Of a DNA stretch of 64,000 nucleotides, positions 11,758 to 22,704 are shown one piece after another. The stretch spans positions 1-64,000 of the forward strand of contig CAXNAD020000001.1 in the NCBI GenBank assembly GCA_964200185.2, read 5' to 3'. Source of the stretch: Choristocarpus tenellus KU-1152. Its lineage: Eukaryota; Protista; Phaeophyceae. The notes under the pieces are model-generated. The model did not search any database and was not told the DNA's origin. It worked only from the letters and a program-made list of their open reading frames with translations. The number at the start of each line of letters is the position of its first letter. Positions within the stretch are counted from its first letter, which is position 1. The translations under genes were made by a program, and so were the position numbers.

Positions 11758-13134
11758 TTAATCAATTGGACGCATAGAAAGTACTGCTTCAGTTTGACGA
11801 TTAATTCCTTTTTCAAAACCAGCAGCAGCAGCTCGTGCACGACCAGAATGCCACCAATGACCAACTAATAAGAAAAACCCTAAAAAGAAATGTGAAGTTG
11901 TTAACCAAGAACGAGGAGAAACATAATTAACAGAATTGATTTCTGTAGCAACACCACCTACTGAATTTAATGAACCTAATGGAGCATGTGTCATATATTC
12001 AGCAGCACGTCTTTCTTGCCAAGGTTGTATATCATATTTAATTTTATTTATGTCTAATCCATTAGGACCACGTAAAGGTTCTACCCATGGAGCACGTAAA
12101 TCCCAAAAACGCATTGTTTCTCCACCAAAAATAATTTCTCCACTTGGTGAACGCATTAAATATTTACCTAAACCAGTTGGACCTTGAGCTGAAGCTACAT
12201 TAGCTCCTAAACGTTGATCTCGAACTAAAAAAGTAAAGGCTTGAGATTGCGAAGCTTCTGGTCCAGTAGGTCCAAAAAACTCACTCGGATAAGCAGTGTT
12301 ATTATACCATACAAAAATTGAAGCTGTTAATCCCATAACAGATAATGCAGCTAAACTATATGATAAATAAGCTTCTCCTGACCATACAAAAACTGTACGA
12401 GCCCAATCAAATGGTTTAGTTAAAATATGAAAAATTCCACCAAAAATACAAAGAATACCAACCCAAATATGTCCTCCAACTAAATCTTCTAGATTATCGA
12501 TTGAAGCAATCCAACCATCACCACCAAAAGGTGATTTTAAAACATATCCAAAAATTACAATAGGATTTAATGTTGGACTATTAATTACTCGAACATCACC
12601 ACCACCAGGAGCCCATGTGTCATAAAGTCCACCAGCATACATGGCTTTTAAAACAAGTAAAAATGAACCAATACCTAATAAAATTAAATGAATACCTAAA
12701 ATAGTTGTCATTTTATTTTTATCACGCCAATCATATCCAAAAAATGGAAATGATTCTTCTAAAGTATCAGGCCCTATTAAAGAATGATAAATACCACCAA
12801 AACCTAATACAGCTGATGAAATTAAATGTAAAACACCCACTACAAAATAAGGAAAAGTGTTTACAATTTCTCCACCTGGACCAACACCCCACCCTAAAGT
12901 AGCTAAATGAGGAATTAAAATAAAACCTTGTTCATATAATGGTTTTTCAGGGATATAATGAGAAACCTCAAATAATGTCATTGCTCCAGTCCAAAAAACC
13001 ATAATTCCCGCATGAGCAACATGTGCTCCTAATAATTTTCCAGATACATTAATAAGACGAGCATTACCTGACCACCAAGCAAAACCTGTAGATTCAATAT
13101 CTCGACCTGCTACAATATTAAAGGGCGTTTCCAC
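11758..13134 (-). CDS. psbC: Photosystem II CP43 (probable GTG start, overlaps psbD)
   Basis: GTG GAA ACG...[12 protein letters not shown]...SMRPID; the ORF track extends upstream of the conventional start. Confidence 0.98.
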   Translation of the reverse strand: METPFNIVAGRDIESTGFAWWSGNARLINVSGKLLGAHVAHAGIMVFWTGAMTLFEVSHYIPEKPLYEQGFILIPHLATLGWGVGPGGEIVNTFPYFVVGVLHLISSAVLGFGGIYHSLIGPDTLEESFPFFGYDWRDKNKMTTILGIHLILLGIGSFLLVLKAMYAGGLYDTWAPGGGDVRVINSPTLNPIVIFGYVLKSPFGGDGWIASIDNLEDLVGGHIWVGILCIFGGIFHILTKPFDWARTVFVWSGEAYLSYSLAALSVMGLTASIFVWYNNTAYPSEFFGPTGPEASQSQAFTFLVRDQRLGANVASAQGPTGLGKYLMRSPSGEIIFGGETMRFWDLRAPWVEPLRGPNGLDINKIKYDIQPWQERRAAEYMTHAPLGSLNSVGGVATEINSVNYVSPRSWLTTSHFFLGFFLLVGHWWHSGRARAAAAGFEKGINRQTEAVLSMRPID

Positions 13135-14173
13135 GTGGTAAAACCTCCTCAGGGAATACAAAATTTTCATGTGGCTGATCTTGTGCAGCCATCCAAGCAC
13201 GAATACCTTCGTTTAATAAAATATTTTTCGTATAAAATGTTTCAAATTCTGGATCTTCAGCAGCGCGAAGTTCTTGTGAAACAAAATCGTATGCACGTAA
13301 ATTTAATGCAAGTCCTACAATTCCTATAGCACTTGTCCATAATCCTGTTACAGGAACAAATAACATGAAGAAGTGTAACCAACGTTTATTAGAAAATGCA
13401 ACACCAAAAATTTGTGACCAAAAACGATTTGCTGTTACCATAGAGTATGTTTCTTCAGATTGTGTTGGTGTAAAAGCACGAAAAGTATTTGCAGCATCTC
13501 CATCTTCAAATAATGTATTTTCTACAGTTGCGCCATGAATTGCACATAATAAAGCACCACCTAAAATACCTGCAACACCCATCATATGGAAAGGATTTAA
13601 TGTCCAGTTATGAAAACCTTGTAAAAAAAGTAGAAAACGAAATATTGCTGCTACTCCAAAACTTGGAGCAAAAAACCAACTTGCTTGTCCTAATGGATAT
13701 AATAAAAATACTGATACAAAAATAGAAATAGGACCAGAAAAAGCAATGGCATTATAAGGTCGAATACCTACTAAACGAGCAATTTCAAATTGACGTAAAC
13801 AAAAGCCAATTAGAGCAAATGCTCCATGTAAAGCAATAAAAGTCCATAATCCACCAATTTGGAACCAACGAGTAAAATTACCTTGAGCTTCAGGTCCCCA
13901 TAATAATAATAAAGAATGTCCCATACTATTAGAAGGACTAGAAACAGCAGCAGTTAAAAAATTACAACCTTCTAAATAAGAACTTGCTAAACCATGAGTA
14001 TACCATGATGTTACAAAAGTTGTTCCTGTAAACCATCCACCTAATGCTAAATAAGCAGTAGGAAAAAGAAGTAAACCTGACCACCCAATGAAAACAAAAC
14101 GATCTCTTTTTAACCAATCATCTATAAGGTCAAAAATACCTGGTTGTTTTATTTGTCCAATTGTGATAGTCAT
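13118..14173 (-). CDS. psbD: Photosystem II D2
   Basis: MTITIGQ...[16 protein letters not shown]...EVLPRGNAL; start set at MTITIG. Confidence 0.98.
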   Translation of the reverse strand: MTITIGQIKQPGIFDLIDDWLKRDRFVFIGWSGLLLFPTAYLALGGWFTGTTFVTSWYTHGLASSYLEGCNFLTAAVSSPSNSMGHSLLLLWGPEAQGNFTRWFQIGGLWTFIALHGAFALIGFCLRQFEIARLVGIRPYNAIAFSGPISIFVSVFLLYPLGQASWFFAPSFGVAAIFRFLLFLQGFHNWTLNPFHMMGVAGILGGALLCAIHGATVENTLFEDGDAANTFRAFTPTQSEETYSMVTANRFWSQIFGVAFSNKRWLHFFMLFVPVTGLWTSAIGIVGLALNLRAYDFVSQELRAAEDPEFETFYTKNILLNEGIRAWMAAQDQPHENFVFPEEVLPRGNAL

Positions 14174-14299
14174 ACAATAATAAAAAAGAGGTATTATAAA
14201 ATACAATTAATGTATTAAAGCTTAATTTAAAAATTTAGATTTCAAACTTTTTTTAACTTTTGAGTTTCTTTTCAACTTTTATTTTTTCTAGTAAATTAG

Positions 14300-14371
14300 C
14301 TCCCCAGGTAGGATTTGAACCTACGACCCATCGGTTAACAGCCGAATGCTCTACCACTGAGCTACTAAGGA
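14300..14371 (-). tRNA. trnN: tRNA-Asn(GUU)
   Basis: Cloverleaf on minus strand, loop CTGTTAA. Confidence 0.95.
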
Positions 14372-14438
14372 AAAATAATATTTTCTTATTTTATTATATA
14401 GATATATCTATATAATAAAATAAGAAAATATTATTTTT
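14371..14438. repeat. Perfect 68-bp palindrome between rps4 stop and trnN 5' end
   Basis: 14371-14404 is the exact reverse complement of 14405-14438. Confidence 0.92.
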
Positions 14439-14452
14439 GTTAATATAATTTA

Positions 14453-15082
14453 TTAAAGAAGACGAGAATAATATTCAATTACAAGCATATAATTTACTTT
14501 AAAAAAAATATCTTCAAGCGTTATTAAATTTTTAATTTTTGCTTCTAATAATTGGGGATTAAATTCTATATGTGTATTTGTAATTTTATAATTTATTTTA
14601 TTTAAATTATCTTGAGCTAATTTTTTTGTTTTAGGTTTGTTTTTAACAATAATTATATCACCAGGTTGGCATTGAAAACTACAAATATTTATTTTTTTTT
14701 TATTTACAAAAATATGATTATGATTTATAAATTGTCTAGCTGCTGGAATTGTCGGTGCTAATCCTAAACGAAAAAGAATATTATCTAATCGCATTTCTAA
14801 TAATTGCATTAAAAAAAAACCAGTTAAACCTTTTTGTGAGCGAGCTTTTTTAATATAATTTAATAATTGACGTTCTGTTAATCCATAATTATAACGAAGT
14901 TTTTGTTTTTCATATAATCTAATTTTATATGCTGAAGCTTTAATTTTTTTTTGTTCCGCTATTGTTTTACCATGTTGACCTGGAGTTTTTTCTCTATTTT
15001 TCGGTAAAATTTTTGTAGTTAAACCTGGTAAATCACCAAGTCTTCGTATAATTCTAAATCGAGGTCCTTTATATCGTGACAT
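14453..15082 (-). CDS. rps4: 30S ribosomal protein S4
   Basis: [32 protein letters not shown]. Confidence 0.97.
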   Translation of the reverse strand: MSRYKGPRFRIIRRLGDLPGLTTKILPKNREKTPGQHGKTIAEQKKIKASAYKIRLYEKQKLRYNYGLTERQLLNYIKKARSQKGLTGFFLMQLLEMRLDNILFRLGLAPTIPAARQFINHNHIFVNKKKINICSFQCQPGDIIIVKNKPKTKKLAQDNLNKINYKITNTHIEFNPQLLEAKIKNLITLEDIFFKVNYMLVIEYYSRLL

Positions 15083-15178
15083 ATAAACTTTATAAAAAAT
15101 TTAAATTTAAATTATTCAACTAATAACCTTAAATATAAACATCAAATAATAATATTATTATATTATATATATGTATAT

Positions 15179-15252
15179 GAGCTTGTAGCTCAGTGGACTA
15201 GAGCACGTGGCTACGAACTACGGTGTCGGGGGTTCGAATCCCTCCTAGCTTG
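15179..15252 (+). tRNA. trnR: tRNA-Arg(ACG)
   Basis: Cloverleaf, loop CTACGAA. Confidence 0.94.
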
Positions 15253-15258
15253 ATTTTT

Positions 15259-15330
15259 TGGGGTGTAGCCAAGTGGTAAGGCAGTGGACTTTGACTCCGC
15301 CATTCGTAGGTTCGAATCCTCCCACCCCAG
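15259..15330 (+). tRNA. trnQ: tRNA-Gln(UUG)
   Basis: Cloverleaf, loop CTTTGAC. Confidence 0.94.
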
Positions 15331-15343
15331 GTTGTTATTACTA

Positions 15344-15739
15344 TTATAGATAAATAAATTTTTCTAATAGTAATAAATTCGATATAATTTTAATATAATT
15401 TTTATTAAATATTTTATTTAATTGAAATAAATAAATAAATAATATTAATTGTTTTTTATATAATTGAGATAATTTTAATTTTTTATTCATTAAAAAAATA
15501 TAATTTTTTTTTTTCAAAAAAAAAATATTTTTAATTTGTTTTATTAAATTTTGAGTGTAAAATATATTGATATTTAAAAAAATAAAACTTAAAAAATTCA
15601 TTTTTAAGCTTTTATTTTTTTTGAATATTAAATTATTTTTTAATAAAGTATCTATTAATGATCTATAAAATATAGGATCTATTATTTTTATATAATAAAA
15701 AATAATAACTATGATTTTTTTTATATATTTGTTTATCAT
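15344..15739 (-). CDS. Hypothetical protein ORF131
   Basis: Open for 131 codons in extremely AT-rich DNA, fills the ycf65-trnQ gap and is co-oriented with ycf65; no recognisable motif. Confidence 0.55.
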   Translation of the reverse strand: MINKYIKKIIVIIFYYIKIIDPIFYRSLIDTLLKNNLIFKKNKSLKMNFLSFIFLNINIFYTQNLIKQIKNIFFLKKKNYIFLMNKKLKLSQLYKKQLILFIYLFQLNKIFNKNYIKIISNLLLLEKFIYL

Positions 15740-15778
15740 TATAAGTAATTGTTATCCATTATTATATATATATGAGAT

Positions 15779-16090
15779 TTAAATACTTGCTATTAATTCA
15801 AAATTTAATTTAGAACTATCTTGTACTAATTTTGTAATTCCTTCAATTTTGTTTGAATTAATTAACCAATAATTAATTAAAATAGTATAATTATTTAAAA
15901 TTTCAATACAATCTTCTTTTAACATCCAAGGTTTATTAAATAATTCTGCTTTTAATAATTCCCAACCATTTTCTCTCGGCCAAAAAAAAAAACTTGTAAT
16001 TGGTATTGAAATATTTTTTTGTTTTTGATTAACTGCTAAACCTAGATAATTTTTACTCCAAATAATTTTAAATGAATAATTATTTTTCAT
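15779..16090 (-). CDS. ycf65: Ycf65 / plastid-specific ribosomal protein PSRP3
   Basis: LGLAVNQ, PITSFFFWPRENGWELLKAELFNKPW. Confidence 0.92.
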   Translation of the reverse strand: MKNNYSFKIIWSKNYLGLAVNQKQKNISIPITSFFFWPRENGWELLKAELFNKPWMLKEDCIEILNNYTILINYWLINSNKIEGITKLVQDSSKLNFELIASI

Positions 16091-16092
16091 AA

Positions 16093-16332
16093 TTATTTTA
16101 ATTGAATATGTAATTTTTTTAATAAATTTTTAACAACTAACGTTGGTTGAGCTCCATGTTTTAATCGAATTAATACACGTTCTTTATTTATATGTAAATT
16201 TTTTTTTAATGGATCATAAAATCCTAATTCTTCTATTGTTTTTCCATCACGTTTTAATAAACTTTGCATTAACACAATTCTATAAAAAGGTTTTTTCTTT
16301 CTACCACAACGTTTAAATTTGATTTTTAACAT
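16093..16332 (-). CDS. rps16: 30S ribosomal protein S16
   Basis: GRKKKPFYRIV, RDGKTIEELGFYDP, GAQPT. Confidence 0.96.
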   Translation of the reverse strand: MLKIKFKRCGRKKKPFYRIVLMQSLLKRDGKTIEELGFYDPLKKNLHINKERVLIRLKHGAQPTLVVKNLLKKLHIQLK

Positions 16333-16387
16333 ATAGTTATATAATTATTTTTCTTAATTAATAATACTAAAACTCTGAATATTTAAA

Positions 16388-16684
16388 TTATAAAAAATGA
16401 ATTGAATCTAGCGTTTGAATTAAATATTCTAAAAATGTAAATGCTAACATAGCTGACATATTCATACCCAGTATATCCGGTAATATATCATCAAACATTT
16501 CTAAAAAAAAATCCGTCATAAAAATTAATATATAAAATGGTGTAATATAAGGATTAAGATTAGGAAACCATTGCATACTTAATCGTAAAGTTAAAATCCA
16601 ATAATAAATATGTACCAATAAACATGTAGAATAGATAAGATCATTCAAAAATTGTCCTGTGGGAGTTACCGCCATACTTGGCAT
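16388..16684 (-). CDS. ycf19: Ycf19 (YGGT family)
   Basis: LRLSMQWFPNLNPY..PF...TD YGGT pattern; upstream AGGAG. Confidence 0.88.
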   Translation of the reverse strand: MPSMAVTPTGQFLNDLIYSTCLLVHIYYWILTLRLSMQWFPNLNPYITPFYILIFMTDFFLEMFDDILPDILGMNMSAMLAFTFLEYLIQTLDSIHFL

Positions 16685-16772
16685 AGACTTTCTCCTTTAT
16701 TCAATAAATATAAATTTTTTAATTTTTTTATTCATTTAAATAAAAAAATTAAAAAGTAGAAATAAAAATATA

Positions 16773-17546
16773 TCATAACGTAATATTATTTAACCATTTA
16801 TAACCTCTTTCTTCTAACAAATTCGCTAAATTAGAATTTCCTGTTTTTATAATAACTCCTTCTTGCATAACATGTATATAATTAGGTTTAATATACTCTA
16901 ATAATCTTTTATAATGTGTAATTAAGATTATACTTTTTTTTTTATTCATTAATTTATTAATTACTTCAGAAATTATTCGTAATGCATCAATATCTAATCC
17001 GGAATCTGTTTCATCTAAAATTCCTAAAGTCGAATCCAATAATGCAAATTGTAAAATTTCATTTCTTTTTTTTTCACCACCAGAAAATCCTTCATTAACA
17101 TTTCTATAAAGAAATGTTTTATCCATATTAACCATATTTAATTTTTCAAAAATAATTTGAGAAAATTCAATAGGGTTGACAGATGGTAAATTTAATGCTT
17201 TTTGTTTAGCATTATAAGCTAATCTTAAAAAATCTTCATTACTTACACCTCCAATTTCAACAGGATATTGAAAAGCTAAAAATAATCCTAAATGAGAACG
17301 TTTGTCTGGTTCTAATTCAAGAATACTTTCTCCTTTAAATAAAATGTCACCTTCTAACACAGTATATGAAGGATGACCAGCAATTATTTTTGAAAAAGTA
17401 CTTTTTCCAGAACCATTAGTTCCCATTATAGCATGAATTTCTCCTTCATAAATAGATAAATTTAAACCTTTTAAAATTTTAATATTATTTATACTTGCAT
17501 GTAAATTTTTTATTTCTAAAAGCGGTAATTCTTTAATTTTTTTCAT
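16773..17546 (-). CDS. sufC: SufC Fe-S assembly ATPase (ycf16)
   Basis: [28 protein letters not shown]. Confidence 0.97.
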   Translation of the reverse strand: MKKIKELPLLEIKNLHASINNIKILKGLNLSIYEGEIHAIMGTNGSGKSTFSKIIAGHPSYTVLEGDILFKGESILELEPDKRSHLGLFLAFQYPVEIGGVSNEDFLRLAYNAKQKALNLPSVNPIEFSQIIFEKLNMVNMDKTFLYRNVNEGFSGGEKKRNEILQFALLDSTLGILDETDSGLDIDALRIISEVINKLMNKKKSIILITHYKRLLEYIKPNYIHVMQEGVIIKTGNSNLANLLEERGYKWLNNITL

Positions 17547-18988
17547 CCTACACTTCCTTCAAGTTTTAAATTTAATAATTGATCAGCTTCTAAAGCAAAT
17601 TCCATAGGTAATTCTGTAAAAACATCACGACAAAACCCACTAATAATTAAACTTATAGCTTCTTCAATATTAATTCCACGTTGTAAAAAATAAAAAAGTT
17701 GTTCTTCACCAATTTTAGAAGTCGATGCCTCATGTTCAATTCGTGCTGTAGAATTTTGTACTTGAATATAAGGAAAAGTATTTGCTTGTGAATTATTATC
17801 AATCAAAAGAGAATCACATTGAGAAAAATTTCTACTATTAAAAGCTTTTAAACCAATTTTTACTAAACCACGATAACTATTTTTTGAATTACCTGTAGAA
17901 ATACCTTTTGAAATTATTTGACTTCTGGTATTTGGTCCAATATGAATCATTTTTGTTCCCGTATCAGCTTGTTGGTAATTATTTGTTAATGCTACTGAAT
18001 AAAATTCACCTTTTGATTCGTTACCAATTAAAACACAACTAGGATATTTCCATGTAATTGCAGATCCTGTTTCTACTTGCGTCCATGAAATTTTCGAATT
18101 TTCTCCTATACATAAACCACGTTTTGTTACAAAATTATAAATTCCACCAATTCCATTTTTATCACCAGCATACCAATTTTGAACAGTTGAATATTTAATT
18201 TCCGCATTTTTAAAGGCAATCAACTCAACAATTGCCGCATGTAATTGATTTGTATCATATTGTGGAGCTGTACATCCTTCTAAATAACTAACATAACTAC
18301 CTTCTTCTGCTATAATTAAAGTTCGTTCAAATTGACCAGATTCTTTATTATTTATACGAAAATAAGTTGATAATTCTAAAGGGCATTTTAAATTTTTTGG
18401 AATATAACAAAATGAGCCATCTGTAAAAACCGCGGAATTTAAGGCTGCAAAAAAGTTATCTCCAATAGGGACAACACTTCCTAAAAAAGTTTTTATTAAA
18501 TTAGGATAATTTTTAATTGCGTCAGAAATAGAACAAAAAATAACACCATATTTAGATAATTCATCTTTAAAAGTGGTTGTTATTGAAACACTATCAAAAA
18601 CAGCATCAACAGCTACATTTGTTAAACGTTTTTGTTCATTTAAGGAAATTCCTAATTTATCAAAAGTATTTCTTAATTCTAAACTAACTTCATCAAGACT
18701 ATTTAAAGTTTTTTTTATTTTAGGCGCAGAATAATAGATAATTTTTTGGTAATTTATATCTGGTAAAATTAATTGTGCCCAATTAGGATTTTTAATTTTT
18801 TTCCATTTATCTAAAGCTCGTATTCTAAAATCAAACATATAATCAGGTTCATTATTTTTGTTGATAATAGTTTGGATTATATTTTTATTTAAACCTGGAG
18901 GAATTGTTTCAATTTCTATATCTGTTGAAAATCCATATTTATACGGTTGATTTACCAATTTTTTTAATGTCGGGTTTTTATTATTCAT
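17543..18988 (-). CDS. sufB: SufB Fe-S assembly scaffold (ycf24)
   Basis: [24 protein letters not shown]; ATGA overlap with sufC. Confidence 0.98.
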   Translation of the reverse strand: MNNKNPTLKKLVNQPYKYGFSTDIEIETIPPGLNKNIIQTIINKNNEPDYMFDFRIRALDKWKKIKNPNWAQLILPDINYQKIIYYSAPKIKKTLNSLDEVSLELRNTFDKLGISLNEQKRLTNVAVDAVFDSVSITTTFKDELSKYGVIFCSISDAIKNYPNLIKTFLGSVVPIGDNFFAALNSAVFTDGSFCYIPKNLKCPLELSTYFRINNKESGQFERTLIIAEEGSYVSYLEGCTAPQYDTNQLHAAIVELIAFKNAEIKYSTVQNWYAGDKNGIGGIYNFVTKRGLCIGENSKISWTQVETGSAITWKYPSCVLIGNESKGEFYSVALTNNYQQADTGTKMIHIGPNTRSQIISKGISTGNSKNSYRGLVKIGLKAFNSRNFSQCDSLLIDNNSQANTFPYIQVQNSTARIEHEASTSKIGEEQLFYFLQRGINIEEAISLIISGFCRDVFTELPMEFALEADQLLNLKLEGSVG

Positions 18989-19173
18989 AATAATTTCAAT
19001 TTATAATTATAAAATAAAAGATTAAAATATGATCAAAATAAATTAATAATAACAAATATTTATTCTTATTATAATATATATTTATTATTATTAGTAAATA
19101 TAGATATATATTATTATATCTGTAAAGGTCAAATAAATTTAACAAATTCTTTAAATTTTATAAGTACATTTTT

Positions 19174-19246
19174 TAGACTCAGTAGGAATCGAACCTACAT
19201 TAAAAACTTAGAAGGTTTTTGTCCTATTCCGTTAGACGATGAGTCC
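19174..19246 (-). tRNA. trnR: tRNA-Arg(UCU)
   Basis: Anticodon arm AAAAC-CTTCTAA-GTTTT. Confidence 0.92.
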
Positions 19247-19254
19247 TAATTAAA

Positions 19255-19326
19255 TAGGCGGTACTGGATTTGAACCAGTGACCATCTGCTTGTAAGGCAG
19301 ACGCTCTACCACTGAGCTAACCGCCT
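19255..19326 (-). tRNA. trnV: tRNA-Val(UAC)
   Basis: Cloverleaf, loop CTTACAA. Confidence 0.95.
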
Positions 19327-19377
19327 AATGAAAAATTTTAATAATAACATTATTATATATTAATATTATTAAAATTA

Positions 19378-19450
19378 AGCTGATAAAAGGACTTGAACCT
19401 TCAACCTACTGATTACAAATCAGTAGCTCTACCAATTGAGCTATATCAGC
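19378..19450 (-). tRNA. trnT: tRNA-Thr(UGU)
   Basis: Cloverleaf, loop TTTGTAA. Confidence 0.95.
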
Positions 19451-19461
19451 AAAATAATAAG

Positions 19462-19535
19462 GATGAATGACGGGACTTGAACCCGCGAATGGCGGAATCA
19501 CAACCCACTGCCTTAACCACTTGGCTACATCCACC
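19462..19535 (-). tRNA. trnH: tRNA-His(GUG)
   Basis: Cloverleaf, GTG anticodon, encoded G-1. Confidence 0.94.
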
Positions 19536-19602
19536 TACATATTTTATGTAACTATATTATAGTTAGAAACTAATATTTTTATTAATTTTTACTTTTTATA
19601 TT

Positions 19603-19785
19603 TTATACTATCTCTTCAACTTCATCAAGAGCATATGAACATGTTGCAAGATTACTATAATTTACAGTATTAAATTTAACTAAGACTGCATTATTTTCAA
19701 TTTCAGCTTTCGTAATAATACCAGTTTCTCGAAACCAAAAAGATTCGGGTTTTATAATTTTAACTTTTTTATTTTTCTCTAACAT
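19603..19785 (-). CDS. psaE: Photosystem I PsaE
   Basis: KVKIIKPESFWF, VKFNTVNYS, YALDEV. Confidence 0.92.
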   Translation of the reverse strand: MLEKNKKVKIIKPESFWFRETGIITKAEIENNAVLVKFNTVNYSNLATCSYALDEVEEIV

Positions 19786-20049
19786 TATTATTAAATCCTT
19801 AAATTCTTAATTTTAAATATATTATTACTACAAAAATTTTAATAATAATATAAAAATTTATATTAAAATAATTTTATTTTCTATCCCTAAAGCATTTAGC
19901 TTTATCTCAAAATACATTCGTATTTTCCCCACCCATTATAATAATTAAAAAATTAATTTTATTTTGCTTTACTTCAATTATAATTTGTTATTATAACTTA
20001 TTTTAGATTAGTAGATATAAAATTAAAAAAAAAATTAATAAAGGAAATT

Positions 20050-20394
20050 ATGACAGCTATCATACAATTTATTAAAGGTATTGATGAACTAACCATACCA
20101 TTAATCAAATTAACAAGATCTCGTGATGGTAGCACAGGTACTGCAACTTTTGTTTTTGAAAATGCTAGTATATTAGACAAAAAAACTAGTAAAGACGGTG
20201 ATATTACAGGAATGTATCTTATTGACAAAGAAGGTATATTAAATACTCTAGATGTTACGGTAAAATTTATTAAAGGTAAACCAAAAATAATTCAAGCAAT
20301 TTATATTATGAAAAACCCAGAAGCTTGGGATCGATTTATGCGATTTATGGAACGGTATGCTAATAAAAATGATTTAACATTTATAAAAGCTTAA
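20050..20394 (+). CDS. psb28: Psb28 (psbW in older annotations)
   Basis: [35 protein letters not shown]. Confidence 0.96.
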   Translation: MTAIIQFIKGIDELTIPLIKLTRSRDGSTGTATFVFENASILDKKTSKDGDITGMYLIDKEGILNTLDVTVKFIKGKPKIIQAIYIMKNPEAWDRFMRFMERYANKNDLTFIKA

Positions 20395-20465
20395 TATTAT
20401 AAGTTATAAATAATAATTTTTCAATTATTATTTAAATATATTTTTTTACATATTAAAAATTTTTT

Positions 20466-22688
20466 ATGCAAATTTCATTAAAATGGCTCCAAAATTTATT
20501 AGGTTTTCAAAAATTAACATTAGAATATTTAATAAACAAGTTAACATTAGTAGGTTTTGAAATTGAAAATCTTAATAAAACAAAAAATGATATTATTTTA
20601 GAAATTAATTATACAGCTAATCGAAATGATATTTCTAATATTAAAAATTTAATTATTGAAATTAATTCAATTTATAATTTTGAATTATTTTTAGAAATAC
20701 CTAATAAAATTAAAATTTTAAATATTCCAAATCATAAATTTAAGTTGTCTATTTCGAAATATAAAATTTATAAAAATTATTTTTTTTTTTTAGAAAAAAA
20801 TTATTTTTGGGAACATTTTTTGCAAAAAAAAAATTTTTTAAAAAATACTTTAAAACAAAAGAATAATAATAAAGTAACTTCGAAACACATAACTTTATTT
20901 CAAACAAAAAGTAACTCAATTAATATTAAAAATTCTCCTATTTGGTTACAAAAAAGATTAATATCAATGAATTTTAAACCAATAAATAATGTTATTGATA
21001 CAATTAATTATATTTTAATTGAAACTGGACAAAGTTTTTTTGCTTATGATATTGATAAATTAAAAAAAATTACAAAAGCATCGAATTTAAATTTTAATAT
21101 TCAATTTGCTAAAAATAATGATTTATTTTTTGTATCTGATTCTAAATTTATAGATTTAAAAAATAATGTTTTAATTTTGAGTTTAAATAAAAAAATAATA
21201 ACAATAGCAGGAATAATACAACATTTTGAAACTTTAGTAAATAAAAAAACATCACAAATATTGCTTCAAGGTAATTTTTATAATTCAAAACAAATTCAAA
21301 AATCTTCAAAAATTTTAAATTTAAAAACAGATTTATCACTTAAATTGGAAAAACAAACAGATTTAAATTTGATTGAACAGGCTTATATCCGTTTAATTCA
21401 TTTATTTCGTGTTCAAAATATTAAATTTAATCAGTTAAAACAAAAAGATTTTTTATTTTTTTCGGAAAAAAATTTAAATTTATTTTATACATATATAAAT
21501 TATCATAAAAATAATATTAAAATCTCTTACCAAAATATAAATCAATTAATCAAATTTTCTCAAAAAACAATAACGTTAAATAAATTTAAAATAATTAAAG
21601 ATTTAAATTCATTAAATTTTAAAATTTTTTTAAAAACTGATTTAACTTTTCGAATTAAAATACCTTTATCACGACAATTAGATATTAAAAGAGAAATTGA
21701 TATTATCGAAGAAATTACAAGAATGAATAATTTTAATGAATTTTATTCTATAATTCCGAAAAATAATTATTTTAGTAAAATAACTAAACTAGAAAAACTT
21801 AAAAGACGATTAAGAACCTATTTTTTGAATTTAGGTTTTAGTGAAAATTATCAATCAACATTAACTAATAAAATAAATGATTCTCAAATATTATTAAAAA
21901 ATCCACTTTTTAAAAATACCTCAACTTTACGTATTAGTTTATTAAATGAATTAATCGAAAAAATTAATTTTAATAATAAACAAAATGAATTTGGTTTTGA
22001 AACTTTCGAATTAGGACGGGTTTATAAATCATTATATAATAATCAAATTACTGAAATAGAATTAATTAGTGGAGTTTTTGGGGGAAAAAATTTACCAACA
22101 ACATGGAACAATAACAATCTTCTTTTAAATTGGTATGAAGCAAAAGGATTAATAGAAGAAATTTTCCAAAAATTAAATATTTCAATTTTTTGGAAAAATA
22201 CAAATTTTATACATTTAACAAATTTTCATCCAACTTGTTCTTTAAATTTATATATAAAAAATCAATTTATTGGAACTTTCGGTCAAATTCATCCTAATTT
22301 AGCTATTTTAAAAGATTTAAATAAAAAAACTTATTTATTTGAATTTAATTTAGAAATTTTAAATTATTTTTGGAAAAACCAATTTTTAATTTCTTATAAA
22401 CCATATTCATTCTATCCAACATCTTATATTGATTTAACATTTACAATTAAAAGAATTTTTAATTTTTTAATACTTAAAAATTATATTTTTAATATTGGGC
22501 AACCGTTATTAAAATCAATCAAATTATTTGATTATTATTCTAATTTAAATTTATCAAAAGATTATTCTAATTTAAGTTTCAAATTACAATTTCAATCAAA
22601 AAAGAGAACTTTAACTAATTTAGAAACTAATAAAATAATTACATATGTTATTTTAAAATTAAAAAAAAAATTTAATATAAAAATTTAA
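20466..22688 (+). CDS. syfB: Phenylalanyl-tRNA synthetase beta subunit, divergent
   Basis: MQISLKWL, TANR.D, SPIWLQKRL, INNVIDTINYILIETGQ, REIDIIEEI, FELGRVY. Confidence 0.92.
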   Translation: MQISLKWLQNLLGFQKLTLEYLINKLTLVGFEIENLNKTKNDIILEINYTANRNDISNIKNLIIEINSIYNFELFLEIPNKIKILNIPNHKFKLSISKYKIYKNYFFFLEKNYFWEHFLQKKNFLKNTLKQKNNNKVTSKHITLFQTKSNSINIKNSPIWLQKRLISMNFKPINNVIDTINYILIETGQSFFAYDIDKLKKITKASNLNFNIQFAKNNDLFFVSDSKFIDLKNNVLILSLNKKIITIAGIIQHFETLVNKKTSQILLQGNFYNSKQIQKSSKILNLKTDLSLKLEKQTDLNLIEQAYIRLIHLFRVQNIKFNQLKQKDFLFFSEKNLNLFYTYINYHKNNIKISYQNINQLIKFSQKTITLNKFKIIKDLNSLNFKIFLKTDLTFRIKIPLSRQLDIKREIDIIEEITRMNNFNEFYSIIPKNNYFSKITKLEKLKRRLRTYFLNLGFSENYQSTLTNKINDSQILLKNPLFKNTSTLRISLLNELIEKINFNNKQNEFGFETFELGRVYKSLYNNQITEIELISGVFGGKNLPTTWNNNNLLLNWYEAKGLIEEIFQKLNISIFWKNTNFIHLTNFHPTCSLNLYIKNQFIGTFGQIHPNLAILKDLNKKTYLFEFNLEILNYFWKNQFLISYKPYSFYPTSYIDLTFTIKRIFNFLILKNYIFNIGQPLLKSIKLFDYYSNLNLSKDYSNLSFKLQFQSKKRTLTNLETNKIITYVILKLKKKFNIKI

Positions 22689-22704
22689 TATAAAAATATT
22701 TATT

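Noticed and set aside
13135-14206. Longer N-termini for PsbC and PsbD in the ORF track (likewise AtpH and L23)
   Set aside because: Conserved starts lie downstream (psbC GTG 13134, psbD 14173, atpH 51022, rpl23 37272); the extensions come from longest-ORF calling.
14240-14285. Three AAAAGTT direct repeats upstream of psbD, reminiscent of the plant psbD AAG box
   Set aside because: Too short and low in complexity to distinguish from chance in AT-rich DNA.
19174-19246. Possible intron-containing trnL(UAA) next to sufB
   Set aside because: The anticodon arm folds with TCT (Arg), and no group I intron core is present.
20466-22688. pheT without pheS as a possible pseudogene
   Set aside because: The ORF is intact, and a lone plastid syfB is established in red-lineage plastids.
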